From an uncultured Actinomycetes bacterium (GTDB taxonomy: Bacteria > Actinomycetota > Acidimicrobiia > Spongiisociales > DATADW01), in contig CAWGRK010000002.1 in the NCBI GenBank assembly GCA_963824995.1, positions 186,001 through 250,000 of the forward strand: a stretch of 64,000 nt of DNA. Direction: 5' to 3'. Made by a program: the position numbers and the translations under genes. The notes under the pieces were generated by a model. The model did not search any database and had not been told where the DNA came from. It was given only the letters and a program-made list of their open reading frames with translations. Below, piece after piece: positions 41,222-51,045 of the stretch (positions within the stretch are counted from its first letter, which is position 1; the number at the start of each line of letters is the position of its first letter).

Positions 41222-42505
41222 ATGCGTCGCCGGGTCGTGGTGTCGGGAGGTGTGGCGGATGTCGCCGCTCTGATTTTGGCGATCGGCATCGGTTCAGTGC
41301 TGGTCTACGGCACCCCGTGGTTGTGGCAGGTCAGGCTCGGTCCCGGGAACTCCGTGTGGCCCATGGTGGGCTTCCTCTTCGCCGGCGGCGTCCTTGGCTC
41401 GGTGATGACGGCGCGGCCCGGCGCGAGCGTCCCTCGTCCCTCTTACGGACGGGCGACGACGATCGCCGTCATCGGCTTGGCGTCGGTCGCCATCGGCACC
41501 CTGATCTTCCGCACGTACTGGTCGCGGGCGTTCATCCCGGTCGTGGTCGGTGTCTGGCTGGGGGCGGCCTTCGCCCACCGATTCGTGAGGCGTCGCCGAC
41601 CTTGGGCAGAGTCGATGGTGGTGGTGAGCGCCGAGAAAGAGACTGTGGACCAATTGGCCGTTGCCCCCCATCCGCGTGTTGTCAACGTGCTCGACCCGGG
41701 ATTTGAGGGCGAACTCGAGCCCCTCAGCAACTCGACCACGCTGGTGGTCGACCTGCGGGCGGTGCTGTCCGACAGGATGGCCCAGTTCGTGTCCTCATCG
41801 GTTCTGGCGGGACTCAGCGTCCGCCACCTGACGCCGGTCTACGAGGAGCACACCGGCCGGCTTCCCATCGTCCACCTTGCCGAGGGTTGGGAGCTCACCG
41901 TCCCCGTGGTGCGAAGCGCCCCCTTCACCCCCCTGAAGAGGGTCATCGACACGCTGATCGTGCTCGTCCTGTCGCCGATCGCCTTGCTCCTCGGGTTGGC
42001 CGTGATGGCCACGATCAAGCTGGCTAGTCCCGGCGCCGTCTTGTTCAAGCAGCCTCGGATCGGTCTCAACGGGCGGGTTTTCACGCTGTACAAGTTCCGG
42101 ACGATGCAGCTCGACGCAGAGCGCGACGGACCCCAGTTCGCCGTGAAGCACGATGATCGGGTTTTTCCAATCGGGCGGTGGCTTCGCCGCTTCCGGGTGG
42201 ACGAGATCCCGCAGATGTGGAACGTCCTGCGTGGCGATCTGGCGTTGGTCGGTCCCCGTCCGGAGCAGGTCGCCTTTGTCCACCACTTCGAGGCGGTGAT
42301 TCCGTTTTATGGGAACCGGCACCTGGTGAGACCCGGCATCACCGGTTGGGCCCAGGTCAACTACGGCTACGCCGACGATCGGGCCGACACCATCGAGAAG
42401 CTTGCCTATGACCTGTACTACGTCAAGCACATGTCCCCAGGCCTCGACCTCACCATCCTCGGCAAGTCCCTCTGGACCGTGATCACCGGGTTTGGGGCGA
42501 GGTAG
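41222..42505 (+). CDS. Polyprenyl-phosphate sugar-1-phosphate transferase (priming GT, WcaJ/WbaP-like)
   Basis: KRVID, YKFRTM, RVDEIPQ, GPRPE, RPGITGWAQV and DLYY motifs. Confidence 0.9.
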   Translation: MRRRVVVSGGVADVAALILAIGIGSVLVYGTPWLWQVRLGPGNSVWPMVGFLFAGGVLGSVMTARPGASVPRPSYGRATTIAVIGLASVAIGTLIFRTYWSRAFIPVVVGVWLGAAFAHRFVRRRRPWAESMVVVSAEKETVDQLAVAPHPRVVNVLDPGFEGELEPLSNSTTLVVDLRAVLSDRMAQFVSSSVLAGLSVRHLTPVYEEHTGRLPIVHLAEGWELTVPVVRSAPFTPLKRVIDTLIVLVLSPIALLLGLAVMATIKLASPGAVLFKQPRIGLNGRVFTLYKFRTMQLDAERDGPQFAVKHDDRVFPIGRWLRRFRVDEIPQMWNVLRGDLALVGPRPEQVAFVHHFEAVIPFYGNRHLVRPGITGWAQVNYGYADDRADTIEKLAYDLYYVKHMSPGLDLTILGKSLWTVITGFGAR

Positions 42506-43682
42506 CCCGCTCCACATTCCCACCAGGCAGACATAGATCGTCGTACTCCACGAGGCGGGGAGGGTGCGATTCGTCCGAGCAGGCGGGGCAAGAGGGGTGG
42601 CGGCGGAGCCGGACGGTGCGGAACTCCTCGTCTAGAGCGTCGTAGATCAGAAGCCGGCCCACCAGCGACTCTCCTATGCCGAGCACGATCTTGATCGCCT
42701 CCATCGCCTCGATCGACCCGATAATCCCGGGGAGAACGCCGAGCACCCCGGCCTCGGCGCACGAAGGGGCAAGCTCGGGGGGCGGCGGCTCGGGGAAGAG
42801 GCACCGGTAACAGGGGCCGTTGTAGGGGTCGAAGACGGTCGCCTGACCCTCGAACCGGAACACCGACCCGTGGACCACCGGGATGCGGAGATGGAGCGAG
42901 GCGTCGTTGAGCAGATACCGGGTGGGGAAGTTGTCGGCGCCGTCAACCACGACGTCGTACCCGGACAGGACCTCGATCACGTTCTCAGCGGAGAGCCGTT
43001 CGGTGAAGGGCTCGACCTTGACGTCGGGATTGAGGGCGGTGATCGTCTCCCTGGCCGACTCCACCTTTGGCTGGCCGACCCGATCGAGGTTGTGGAGGAT
43101 CTGCCGCTGCAGGTTGGTTGTATCGACCCGGTCGAAGTCGACGATGCCCAGTGTCCCCACACCGGCGGCGGCCAGGTAGAGGGCGGCCGGCGATCCGAGC
43201 CCACCGGCCCCGATGAGCAGGATCTTGGCGTCGAGCAGCTTGCGCTGGCCTTCTTCGCCCACCTCGGGGAGGAGGATGTGGCGGCTGTAGCGTGACCGCT
43301 GCTCGCTGCTGAGGGTCATCGGCGTGGACCAGGAGTGGCCACCGCTCTTCCACGAGCCAAACCCGCCGCGCAGCGACCGCACCTTGTCGTACCCCATGTC
43401 CTGAAGCGACTGAGCCGCCAGCGCCGATCGTGCCCCGGCGGCGCAGTAGAGGACGATCTCCGTTTCCGGGTTGGGGACGTGGCTCCCGATGGTGCTTTCC
43501 AGCAGGCCCCGGGGGATGTGGCGCGACCCCGGTATGGCGCCCTGCTCGAACTCGTCGATCTCTCGCACGTCGATCACCACGAAATCGGAGCGTTGCTCCA
43601 ATCTGGGCTCGAGTTCGGCAGGCTCGACCTCGGTGATCTGCTCTTTGGCCTTGCGGACGAGGTCCTGATAACTCAGTGGCAT
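42483..43682 (-). CDS. moeB: MoeB/MoeZ-type adenylyltransferase with N-terminal rhodanese domain
   Basis: Rhodanese motif YCAAGARS. RYSRH, GAGGLGSP, NLQRQ, CYRC and CPAC motifs. AAGGAG RBS. Confidence 0.9.
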   Translation of the reverse strand: MPLSYQDLVRKAKEQITEVEPAELEPRLEQRSDFVVIDVREIDEFEQGAIPGSRHIPRGLLESTIGSHVPNPETEIVLYCAAGARSALAAQSLQDMGYDKVRSLRGGFGSWKSGGHSWSTPMTLSSEQRSRYSRHILLPEVGEEGQRKLLDAKILLIGAGGLGSPAALYLAAAGVGTLGIVDFDRVDTTNLQRQILHNLDRVGQPKVESARETITALNPDVKVEPFTERLSAENVIEVLSGYDVVVDGADNFPTRYLLNDASLHLRIPVVHGSVFRFEGQATVFDPYNGPCYRCLFPEPPPPELAPSCAEAGVLGVLPGIIGSIEAMEAIKIVLGIGESLVGRLLIYDALDEEFRTVRLRRHPSCPACSDESHPPRLVEYDDLCLPGGNVERATSPQTR

Positions 43683-43743
43683 GGCGCTCCTTGGGCCTCC
43701 CGAGATTAGTGCCGCTTCGAGGTCCTTCAGACTGGCGGTGAGC

Positions 43744-43806
43744 TAGGTTAAGTTTTGCCGACCATCATCCAACACTCTTGACGACTGTAGACGCCTTTGG
43801 TAGCTG
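43744..43806. promoter_or_regulatory. Putative divergent promoters
   Basis: Minus strand TTGGAT-N16-TAACCT points toward moeB. Plus strand TTGACG (43778)-N17-TAGCTG points toward the small ORF. Confidence 0.35.
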
Positions 43807-43812
43807 TACCGG

Positions 43813-44223
43813 GTGCAGGGAGCAGCGTCCGGAGGTCGAGATGCCCGTCCTCCCGCATCACCCGCCGTGCAGCCTCCGGACGCACTCCCCGCACTCAGAC
43901 CGGCGGTGGTGGAGCGACCGTGGATGGCGGCGCACATTTGGGAGGATGGCACCGATGGGATGCCACCCGACGATCCCTACGTCCTCCGCTACTGGCCGCC
44001 GGCGATCGGCCCCGGTGCTACCGCGGACCTGTTGCGGTTGATCGCTGCCGCCCGGCGTGAGCGGCAGGTGCGACGGCCAATCCACCTCTCGGTACTCGTC
44101 GAGGAGGGGTTGGTGAGCGGTGATGGGAGCCAGCTGTTGGTGCGCGAAGTGGTGCCTGCAGTACCGCCACGGCTGCGCCGCCGGCTCCCGGCGGTGCTCA
44201 AGCGCGAATTGGAGGAGAGCTAG
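43813..44223 (+). CDS. Small hypothetical protein; start uncertain (could be 43924)
   Basis: Fills the gap between moeB and PBP1A. The C-terminal half (DPYVLRYWPPAIGPGATADLLRL..LVEEGLV) looks protein-like. Confidence 0.5.
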   Translation: MQGAASGGRDARPPASPAVQPPDALPALRPAVVERPWMAAHIWEDGTDGMPPDDPYVLRYWPPAIGPGATADLLRLIAAARRERQVRRPIHLSVLVEEGLVSGDGSQLLVREVVPAVPPRLRRRLPAVLKRELEES

Positions 44224-44238
44224 GTCAGGACCGGGGCG

Positions 44239-46752
44239 TCAATCGTCCCCGCCCCCTTCACCGTCGCCGCCACCACCGGGTGGCGCGTCGGAGAGGACGC
44301 CGACCACGAGGGTGACGGTGCCGCCGTACTGGATGACTCCGCCGGGCGGCGGGTTGGTGGCGATGACGACACCGACCCGCTTGGGGCTACGGACCGGTTC
44401 GTTGGCGACGCCGACCGTGAGCGCCCCCACCCCGGTCTCGGCCTCGAGCGCCGAGAGGGCGGCGAGTGCCTCGTCCACGGTCATTCCACGCAGATCGGGC
44501 ATGGCGGTCTTGGGTATTTCTCCGGTAGAGACTCCTATGGTCACCGCCGTTCCCTGGACCACCTCGGCCCCGGCCCCGATCGACTGGCTGAGCACCGTTC
44601 CTCGCGTCTCGAGCGAGACCACGTCGACGCTGCTGCCGATGAGCCTCGCCTCACGCAGTACCGCCAGCGCCGAGGCCTGGTCGAGTCCGACGACCGATGG
44701 CACCACTGTCGTGGGCACCTTGAAGAAGGCTTCCACGCCGGGTGGGTCGGCCGGGAAGTCGCTCTCGGGGACGTCCTCGAGCACGTGCGACATGAACTCA
44801 CCCCAGATCGGGGCGGGGACGGTGCCGCCGAACACCCGGTCGTAGCGCTGGCCGTTGGCCACAACGTCGACCAACTGACGCTGCTCGTCGGGAAACCCGA
44901 CCCACACCGCAGTGGTGTACTCGGGGACGAACCCGACGTACCAGGCATCTCGGTGCTCCATGTGCGTGCCGGTCTTGCCCGCCTGGGTGCGCCCGATGTT
45001 GGCGTTGGTGCCAGTACCGGCAGTAGGTACCTCCTCGAGCGGCCGGCGCGCTGCCGCGGCGAGGGCGGGGCTTATAACCTGGGTCCGCTCCGGGGCCCGC
45101 TCGTAGATGACATCTCCGGTGGCGTCGACGATCCGCGACACGAGGTAGGGGCGTGCCCAACGCCCGTTGGTGGCAAAGCTCGAGTAGGCCGACGCCATCT
45201 CGAGAGGGCTCACTGCTCCGGACCCGAGCACGACTGACGGCACGTCGGGGATGTCCGACTCGATACCCATCCGATGGGCGACGTCCACGATCTTCTCGGG
45301 ACCGACGGCAAGTGACAACTGGGCGTAGACGACGTTGGTGGAGGCAACCGTTGCGTCGTAGAGCGACATGAGCCGGCTTCCGGCGCCCTCGGCGTTGTCC
45401 ACCTCCCAGATGTTCCCGTCCTCGGAGCAGACGTAAGGGCACTCCAACTGGAGCGGGCTGGTGGCATCCCAGAATGAGCTGAGGCTCCCGCCGTTCTCCA
45501 ACTCGGCGACGAGCCCGAATGGCTTGAACGCCGAGCCGGGGTTGCGCCGTCCCTGCACGGCGAGGTCGAACTGCTCCTCCTCGAAGTTGAGCCCGCTGGC
45601 GATGACCTTGGTCGCTCCGGTCTGGTTGTCCACCATGGCGATGGCCCCCGTGGGGGTCGGGTTGTCCGGATCTGTGCTCGGGGGAAGCCACTCGCGTAGC
45701 ATCGAGTTGGCGTACTGCTGGAGGCCCATGTCGATCGTGGTCTCGATGCGCAAGCCACCACCGCCGTCGCACTCGACGACATCACCCGGGCAGCCGAAGA
45801 CCGCTTCCTTGCGCGCCTCGGGGGTTCGACCGAGGAAGGCGAACTCCGGGTCGTTGAGCAACTGCCCCTTCACCTCGGCGACCACGTGCTCGGCAGGCCC
45901 GACGAACGGTTGATGGTCCACGACCTCGAGGGGGACCTTCTTGGCCTGGCGCGCCTGACGCCGGTTGATGAACCCCAACTCGACCATCCGATCGAGGGTG
46001 GCATTGCGTTTCTCGATGGCGTTGTCCGGCCGCCGCCGCAGGTCGTAGAGCGATGGGTTGCGGATGAGCACCGAAAGCGATGCCCCGTCGGCAAGTGTCA
46101 GTTCGCCCAGCTCCTTGCCGAAATACTCCCGGGCGGCACCTTTGATCCCGTAGGCGCTCCAGCCGAAGTAGACCGAGTTGAGGTAGAACTCGAGGATCTG
46201 CCGCTTGGTGTAGCGCCGTTCCAACTCGACGCTGACGAACATCTCCTTGATCTTGCGTTCGGCGGTGATCTCGTTGCCGACGAACACCTTGGCCACCTGC
46301 TGAGTGATGGTCGAGCCACCCTGGTCGGATCGACCGATCACGTTCTCGAACAGCGCCCGACCGAAGCTGCGCCAGTCAACTCCCTCGTGCTCGAAGAAGC
46401 GGCCGTCCTCCGAGGCGAGGATGGCGTTGACCACCCTCTTGGGAACGTCGTCGATCCTGGTCGGCTCGCTGAAGCGCCCGTCGTGTAGCTCGGCGAGGAG
46501 CAGGTCGTCGCCGCTGTAGATCCGTGATACCTGCGACAGGTCAGGGAGCGCCAACTCCATCGCCGCGGTGTCAGGTCGGTACTTCTCCTCGAGACCCTGG
46601 AAGACGCCGTAGGCGGTATTGAATCCGAGGAAGCTGAAGAGCGCCACCCAGGTGGAAGCGAGCACCGCGATGGAAAGCAGCACGGCGAGCGCCACGAACC
46701 AGCGGCTGCGCCGCTCGCGCCATTCGAGTTCGTGGATGGGGGCTTTGGCCAT
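44239..46752 (-). CDS. Class A penicillin-binding protein (transglycosylase, transpeptidase and PASTA domains)
   Basis: EDGRFFEHEGVD, GGSTITQQ, RKIKE, SAFK, STN and KTGT motifs; two PASTA-like C-terminal repeats. Confidence 0.92.
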   Translation of the reverse strand: MAKAPIHELEWRERRSRWFVALAVLLSIAVLASTWVALFSFLGFNTAYGVFQGLEEKYRPDTAAMELALPDLSQVSRIYSGDDLLLAELHDGRFSEPTRIDDVPKRVVNAILASEDGRFFEHEGVDWRSFGRALFENVIGRSDQGGSTITQQVAKVFVGNEITAERKIKEMFVSVELERRYTKRQILEFYLNSVYFGWSAYGIKGAAREYFGKELGELTLADGASLSVLIRNPSLYDLRRRPDNAIEKRNATLDRMVELGFINRRQARQAKKVPLEVVDHQPFVGPAEHVVAEVKGQLLNDPEFAFLGRTPEARKEAVFGCPGDVVECDGGGGLRIETTIDMGLQQYANSMLREWLPPSTDPDNPTPTGAIAMVDNQTGATKVIASGLNFEEEQFDLAVQGRRNPGSAFKPFGLVAELENGGSLSSFWDATSPLQLECPYVCSEDGNIWEVDNAEGAGSRLMSLYDATVASTNVVYAQLSLAVGPEKIVDVAHRMGIESDIPDVPSVVLGSGAVSPLEMASAYSSFATNGRWARPYLVSRIVDATGDVIYERAPERTQVISPALAAAARRPLEEVPTAGTGTNANIGRTQAGKTGTHMEHRDAWYVGFVPEYTTAVWVGFPDEQRQLVDVVANGQRYDRVFGGTVPAPIWGEFMSHVLEDVPESDFPADPPGVEAFFKVPTTVVPSVVGLDQASALAVLREARLIGSSVDVVSLETRGTVLSQSIGAGAEVVQGTAVTIGVSTGEIPKTAMPDLRGMTVDEALAALSALEAETGVGALTVGVANEPVRSPKRVGVVIATNPPPGGVIQYGGTVTLVVGVLSDAPPGGGGDGEGGGDD

Positions 46753-46898
46753 GGAAAGTTGAGTTTGCTCTGATTGACGGCGATTTTTCGGCACCGCCGA
46801 TGGCGCTGCGTACCAGGACAGGACGCTCGGGGCGCGTTTGAAGTTCCGGGTAACCTGCGGCGCGGTCCTATCAGCATACCGGCCGCGGAGGCGATCGA

Positions 46899-48455
46899 GT
46901 GTCTACCGACCGCTCCACCACCAGCGGCATCGAGGTGGAGGTCGTCTACCGCCCACCCGCCGACCCCATCGAGATCGAGGACCCCGGGGCGTTCCCCTTC
47001 ACCCGGGGACCGCACTCCACCATGTACCGCCGCCGTCCGTGGACTATGCGGCAGTACGCCGGCTTCGGCACGGCGGAGGAGACCAACAGGCGGTTCCGAG
47101 CCCTGCTCGCCGCCGGACAGCACGGGCTCTCGGTGGCCTTCGACCTGCCCACCCAGATGGGGTATGACTCGGATCACCCCATGGCAGCGGGTGAAGTGGG
47201 CAAGGTCGGCGTCGCGATCGACACCCTCGACGATATGCGCCGGCTACTCGCCGAAATCCCGCTGGGCGAGGTCAGCACTTCGATGACGATCAATGCCACC
47301 GCTCCAATCCTGCTGCTTCTCTACGAGGCGGTCGCGGAGGAGCAGGGGATCGCACCCGATGCCATCCGGGGCACGGTGCAGAACGACATACTCAAGGAGT
47401 ACGTGGCCCGGGGGACCTATATCTACCCGCCCAGGGAGTCGATGCGGCTGGTGACAGACCTGTTCGCCTACTGCGCCACCCGGCTCCCGTCGTGGAACAC
47501 GATCTCCATCAGCGGATACCACATCAGAGAGGCCGGGGCTACGGCAGTGCAGGAGGTTGCCTTCACCCTGTCCCACGGTCTCGCATACGTCCGGGCGGCG
47601 ATCGATGCCGGGCTGGGGGTGGACGACTTCGCCCCCCGGCTCTCCTTCTTCTGGAACTCCCACAACAACCTGTTCGAAGAGGTGGCCAAGTTCCGGGCAG
47701 CCCGGCGGCTCTGGGCAAAGCTGATGACCGAGCGTATCGGGGCGAGCACCGAGTCGGCCAAGATGCGGTTCCATACCCAGACGGCGGGGAGCACCCTCAC
47801 CGCCCAGCAGCCCGAGAACAACATCGTCCGCACGACGGTCCAGGCGCTGGCGGCGACGCTGGGGGGAACGCAGTCGCTTCACACCAACGCTTTCGATGAG
47901 GCGCTCGGGCTGCCCACCGAGCGGTCGGCGACGATCGCCCTGAGAACCCAGCAGATCCTCGCTGCCGAGTCGGGAGTGACCGACACCGCTGACCCGCTCG
48001 CCGGGTCGTTCTACGTGGAGGCCCTCACCGACGAGGTGGAGCGACTCTCCCTCGAGCTCATCGAACGTGTCGAGGAGATGGGTGGGGCGGTGGCGGGGAT
48101 CGAGGAAGGATTCGTGCAGCGCCAGATCGAGGACTCCGCCTACCAAGAGGCTCGCCGGGTCGAGGACGGATCATCGGTGGTGGTGGGGGTCAACCGCTTC
48201 GTCGACCCGGTGCACCAACCGGTGCCGCTACTCGAGATCAATCCTCAACTAGAGGCCGACCAGGTCGCTCGGCTGGCTGCGGTCCGCGAGAAGCGCGACC
48301 AAGTGGCGGTGGACGAAGCCCTCTCCCGGGTGGCGGAGACGGCCGCCGGGGACGGCAACATCCTCCCCTTGATGTCGGCTGCCCTACGACTCGACGCCAC
48401 CCTGGGCGAGGTCTCCGACGTCCTCCGCAAGGTGTTCGGGACATATAGGTCGTAG
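46899..48455 (+). CDS. Methylmalonyl-CoA mutase, substrate-binding subunit (no B12-binding domain)
   Basis: [44 protein letters not shown] and GGTQSLHTN motifs. Confidence 0.92.
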   Translation: MSTDRSTTSGIEVEVVYRPPADPIEIEDPGAFPFTRGPHSTMYRRRPWTMRQYAGFGTAEETNRRFRALLAAGQHGLSVAFDLPTQMGYDSDHPMAAGEVGKVGVAIDTLDDMRRLLAEIPLGEVSTSMTINATAPILLLLYEAVAEEQGIAPDAIRGTVQNDILKEYVARGTYIYPPRESMRLVTDLFAYCATRLPSWNTISISGYHIREAGATAVQEVAFTLSHGLAYVRAAIDAGLGVDDFAPRLSFFWNSHNNLFEEVAKFRAARRLWAKLMTERIGASTESAKMRFHTQTAGSTLTAQQPENNIVRTTVQALAATLGGTQSLHTNAFDEALGLPTERSATIALRTQQILAAESGVTDTADPLAGSFYVEALTDEVERLSLELIERVEEMGGAVAGIEEGFVQRQIEDSAYQEARRVEDGSSVVVGVNRFVDPVHQPVPLLEINPQLEADQVARLAAVREKRDQVAVDEALSRVAETAAGDGNILPLMSAALRLDATLGEVSDVLRKVFGTYRS

Positions 48456-48474
48456 GTGGCCTTGACTTCGCACC

Positions 48475-48642
48475 GTTGGGAGTTAGCCAGCCCCCTACCC
48501 GCTGCTCCGCAGCGGGTGCCTTCCCTCTTGCGCGGGGGGACCGAGCAGCGAGGGGAGGGGGTGATGCGTCAGCGGCCCCTCACCCTCCCCCCACCCCCTC
48601 GCTGGTTCAGGGAGGGGAGCCTTCCGTCTTCCGTCTTCCGTC
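48475..48642 (+). repeat. Intergenic palindromic repeat copy 3, C/G-run hairpins and (TTCCGTC)3
   Basis: ACCCGCTGC-TCC-GCAGCGGGT at 48497-48517, homologous to 20022-20091. Heptamers at 48622-48642. Confidence 0.85.
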
Positions 48643-48662
48643 TCTCTCTGTAGCCTCTCCAC

Positions 48663-50027
48663 GTGACCAACCGGAACGAAGGGCCACGGTTTCTCATCAT
48701 CGGCGGGGGGCCGGGGGGGAACACGGCTGCCACGATCGCAGCGTCGTTGGGGGCCAGGGTCACCCTCGTCGAAGAGCAGATCGTCGGGGGCGCGGCTCAC
48801 CTATGGGATTGCATCCCCTCCAAGACGCTGGCGGCCACCTCGATCCGGATGGAGTCGATACGCCATGCCGCCCGGCTCGGTCTTCTCGCCGAGCCGGGGG
48901 TCGTAGACCTCACCACGCTGGCCGAGCGGATAAAGAGCATCTCCAACGACCTGCGCAACAAGGTGGTCTCGCTGCTCGAGTCCCAGGATGTGCAGATCAT
49001 CCCCGGGCGGGGACGCCTCACGGGTCCCCATTCGGCAGTCGCCGAGACCGAGCAGGGCGAGATCCCGATCGATTTCGACCTGGCGCTGATCTCGACCGGA
49101 TCGGCACCACGGGTGCCTGATTGGGCCGAGATCGACGGGGAGCGCATCCTCACCACGCGGGACGCCTACGACCTGAGCGTGCTTCCCGAGCACTTGGTGA
49201 TCATCGGTTCGGGGGTCACCGGGGTCGAGTTCGTCCACATCTTCGCCAGCCTCGGGTCGGAGGTGTCGCTGGTCGTTTCGCGCCAACAGGTCCTCCCGCA
49301 CGCCGATCCCGAGGTTGCTGCCGTGCTCGAGGAGGATTTCCTGGAGCGGGGTGTCCGTCTGCTGATCGGTGCTCGTGCCACCGGTGCATCGCGCAAGGAC
49401 GGTGGGGTCCTGGTCGAGAGCGACGACGGGCGGCGTGTGGAGGGATCCCACGCCCTTCTCGCCATCGGGTCGGTCCCGCTGAGTGAAGGGATCGGACTCG
49501 AAGAGGCACACATCAAAGCCGACGGCGGTTTTGTCGTCGTGGACGAGTACCAGCGCACCACGGCTCCCCACATCTACGCCGCGGGCGACATCACCGGGCA
49601 GGTACCTCTCTCCTCGGTGGCTGCGATGCAGGGACGGAAGATCGCCCGCCATGCCCTCGGCCACCAGGTGACCCCGATCGACTACTCGAAGATCGCCCAG
49701 GCCGTGTTCACCGAACCGGAGATCGCCTCGGTCGGCTTGGAGGAGGCCGAGGCAGCCTCGGAGGGGCGCAAGGTACGGATCACCAAGGTCCCTTTTGCCG
49801 CCAATCCCCGCAGCGTCCTCCAGGGGCAGACCCGGGGATTCGTCAAGGTGATCAGCGATCCCGCCACCCGGGTGATCCTCGGCGGCACCATCGTCGGGCA
49901 CCGAGCTTCGGAGTTGATCGGGATCCTCGCTCTGGCCGTCCAGGGCAGGCTAAAGGTGGACACGCTGGTGGAGACGCTGATGGTTCACCCCTCGCTGTCG
50001 GAGAGCATCAGCGATGCGGGGGAATAG
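48663..50027 (+). CDS. lpdA: Flavoprotein disulfide-reductase family, actinobacterial LpdA / NAD(P)H-quinone dehydrogenase type
   Basis: GGGPGG, single-Cys GGAAHLWDCIPSK, GSGVTGVEF, YAAGD and FTEPEIA motifs. Confidence 0.8.
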   Translation: MTNRNEGPRFLIIGGGPGGNTAATIAASLGARVTLVEEQIVGGAAHLWDCIPSKTLAATSIRMESIRHAARLGLLAEPGVVDLTTLAERIKSISNDLRNKVVSLLESQDVQIIPGRGRLTGPHSAVAETEQGEIPIDFDLALISTGSAPRVPDWAEIDGERILTTRDAYDLSVLPEHLVIIGSGVTGVEFVHIFASLGSEVSLVVSRQQVLPHADPEVAAVLEEDFLERGVRLLIGARATGASRKDGGVLVESDDGRRVEGSHALLAIGSVPLSEGIGLEEAHIKADGGFVVVDEYQRTTAPHIYAAGDITGQVPLSSVAAMQGRKIARHALGHQVTPIDYSKIAQAVFTEPEIASVGLEEAEAASEGRKVRITKVPFAANPRSVLQGQTRGFVKVISDPATRVILGGTIVGHRASELIGILALAVQGRLKVDTLVETLMVHPSLSESISDAGE

Positions 50028-50035
50028 GAACGAAT

Positions 50036-50063
50036 CAGTACTTGGTACTTAGTACTCAGTACT
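50036..50063 (+). repeat. AT-rich heptamer array (YRGTACT)4
   Basis: CAGTACT TGGTACT TAGTACT CAGTACT. Confidence 0.85.
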
Positions 50064-50090
50064 TGGACCATTACCAATCCAAGGCTCATC

Positions 50091-50987
50091 ATGATCATCC
50101 AAATCATCGGATGCCCCGAGGACTTGGGGCAAGCGAAGCGTGGCGTGGACATGGGGCCATCGGCGCTGCGGGTTGCCGGGGTGGTCGACAAGCTCCGTGC
50201 CCTTGGCCACACCGTCATCGATTCGGGCGACATCGTTACTTCCGACATGGCGTCCGAGCAGCCGGGCGACCCCCACCTGCGTTGGGTCGATCAGGTTGTG
50301 ACGGACATGGAAAGGCTGGCCGACGTGGTGGAGGCGGCGGTCAGAGCGGAGAGATTCCCGCTGGTCCTGGGCGGCGACAACTCGGTGAGCATCGGCACCA
50401 TGGCCGGTGTGGCCAGGGTCGAACCACGTCATGGGCTGATCTGGGTGGACGCCCACTCCGACTTCAACATCCCCGAGACGACACCCAGCGGCAACATCCA
50501 CGGGATGCCGGTGGCGGCGATCGTGGGTGACGGTGACCCTCGCTTGACCGAGGTCGGCGGCGTCAACCCCAAGGTGATCGAGGAGAACCTCGTGTGGATC
50601 GCGTTGCGTGATATCGATCCGCGTGAGCAGGACAGAGTCAGGGCGAGCCCAGCGACCGCCTTCACCATGCGCGACGTCGATGAGTTGGGGATGCGTCGGG
50701 TGACCGCCGAGGCGATCAGGCTTGCCAGTCGTGGCGGGGTGGACCAGGTCCACCTCTGCTTCGACATGGATTCGATCGACCCACGCCACGCACCGGGAAC
50801 CGGCACCCCGGTCCCCGGCGGGCTCTCTTACCGCGAGGCCCACCTGATGATGGAGGCGTTCAACGACGCCGGCATCATCACCTCGGCCGAGTTCGTCGAG
50901 GTCAACCCGGCGCTGGATGTGCGCAACTGCACCGCCGAACTGGCCGTAGAGCTGATCTGCTCTCTACTGGGTAAACGGATTCTTTGA
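50091..50987 (+). CDS. rocF: Arginase
   Basis: GVDMGP, DAHSDFN, SGNIHGMP, DMDSIDP, GTGTPV and EVNP motifs. Confidence 0.92.
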   Translation: MIIQIIGCPEDLGQAKRGVDMGPSALRVAGVVDKLRALGHTVIDSGDIVTSDMASEQPGDPHLRWVDQVVTDMERLADVVEAAVRAERFPLVLGGDNSVSIGTMAGVARVEPRHGLIWVDAHSDFNIPETTPSGNIHGMPVAAIVGDGDPRLTEVGGVNPKVIEENLVWIALRDIDPREQDRVRASPATAFTMRDVDELGMRRVTAEAIRLASRGGVDQVHLCFDMDSIDPRHAPGTGTPVPGGLSYREAHLMMEAFNDAGIITSAEFVEVNPALDVRNCTAELAVELICSLLGKRIL

Positions 50988-51045
50988 GTATTGAGTATTG
51001 AGTAACCCGACTACCCAAGTCCCACCACGTATTACCCACTACCTG
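50984..51045. repeat. (TTGAGTA)3 array facing degenerate TACCCAM units
   Basis: Perfect triplet at 50984-51004 includes the arginase TGA. TACCCAA, TACCCAC and TACCTGA follow, running into the accA stop. Confidence 0.75.

Noticed and set aside
43690..43800. SAM-IV or SAM-I/IV riboswitch upstream of moeB (GTCAAGAG...GGTCGGCAA on the minus strand)
   Set aside because: The downstream GGTGC core and P3 pairing are missing, and the segment fits promoter elements better. An Infernal search would be decisive.
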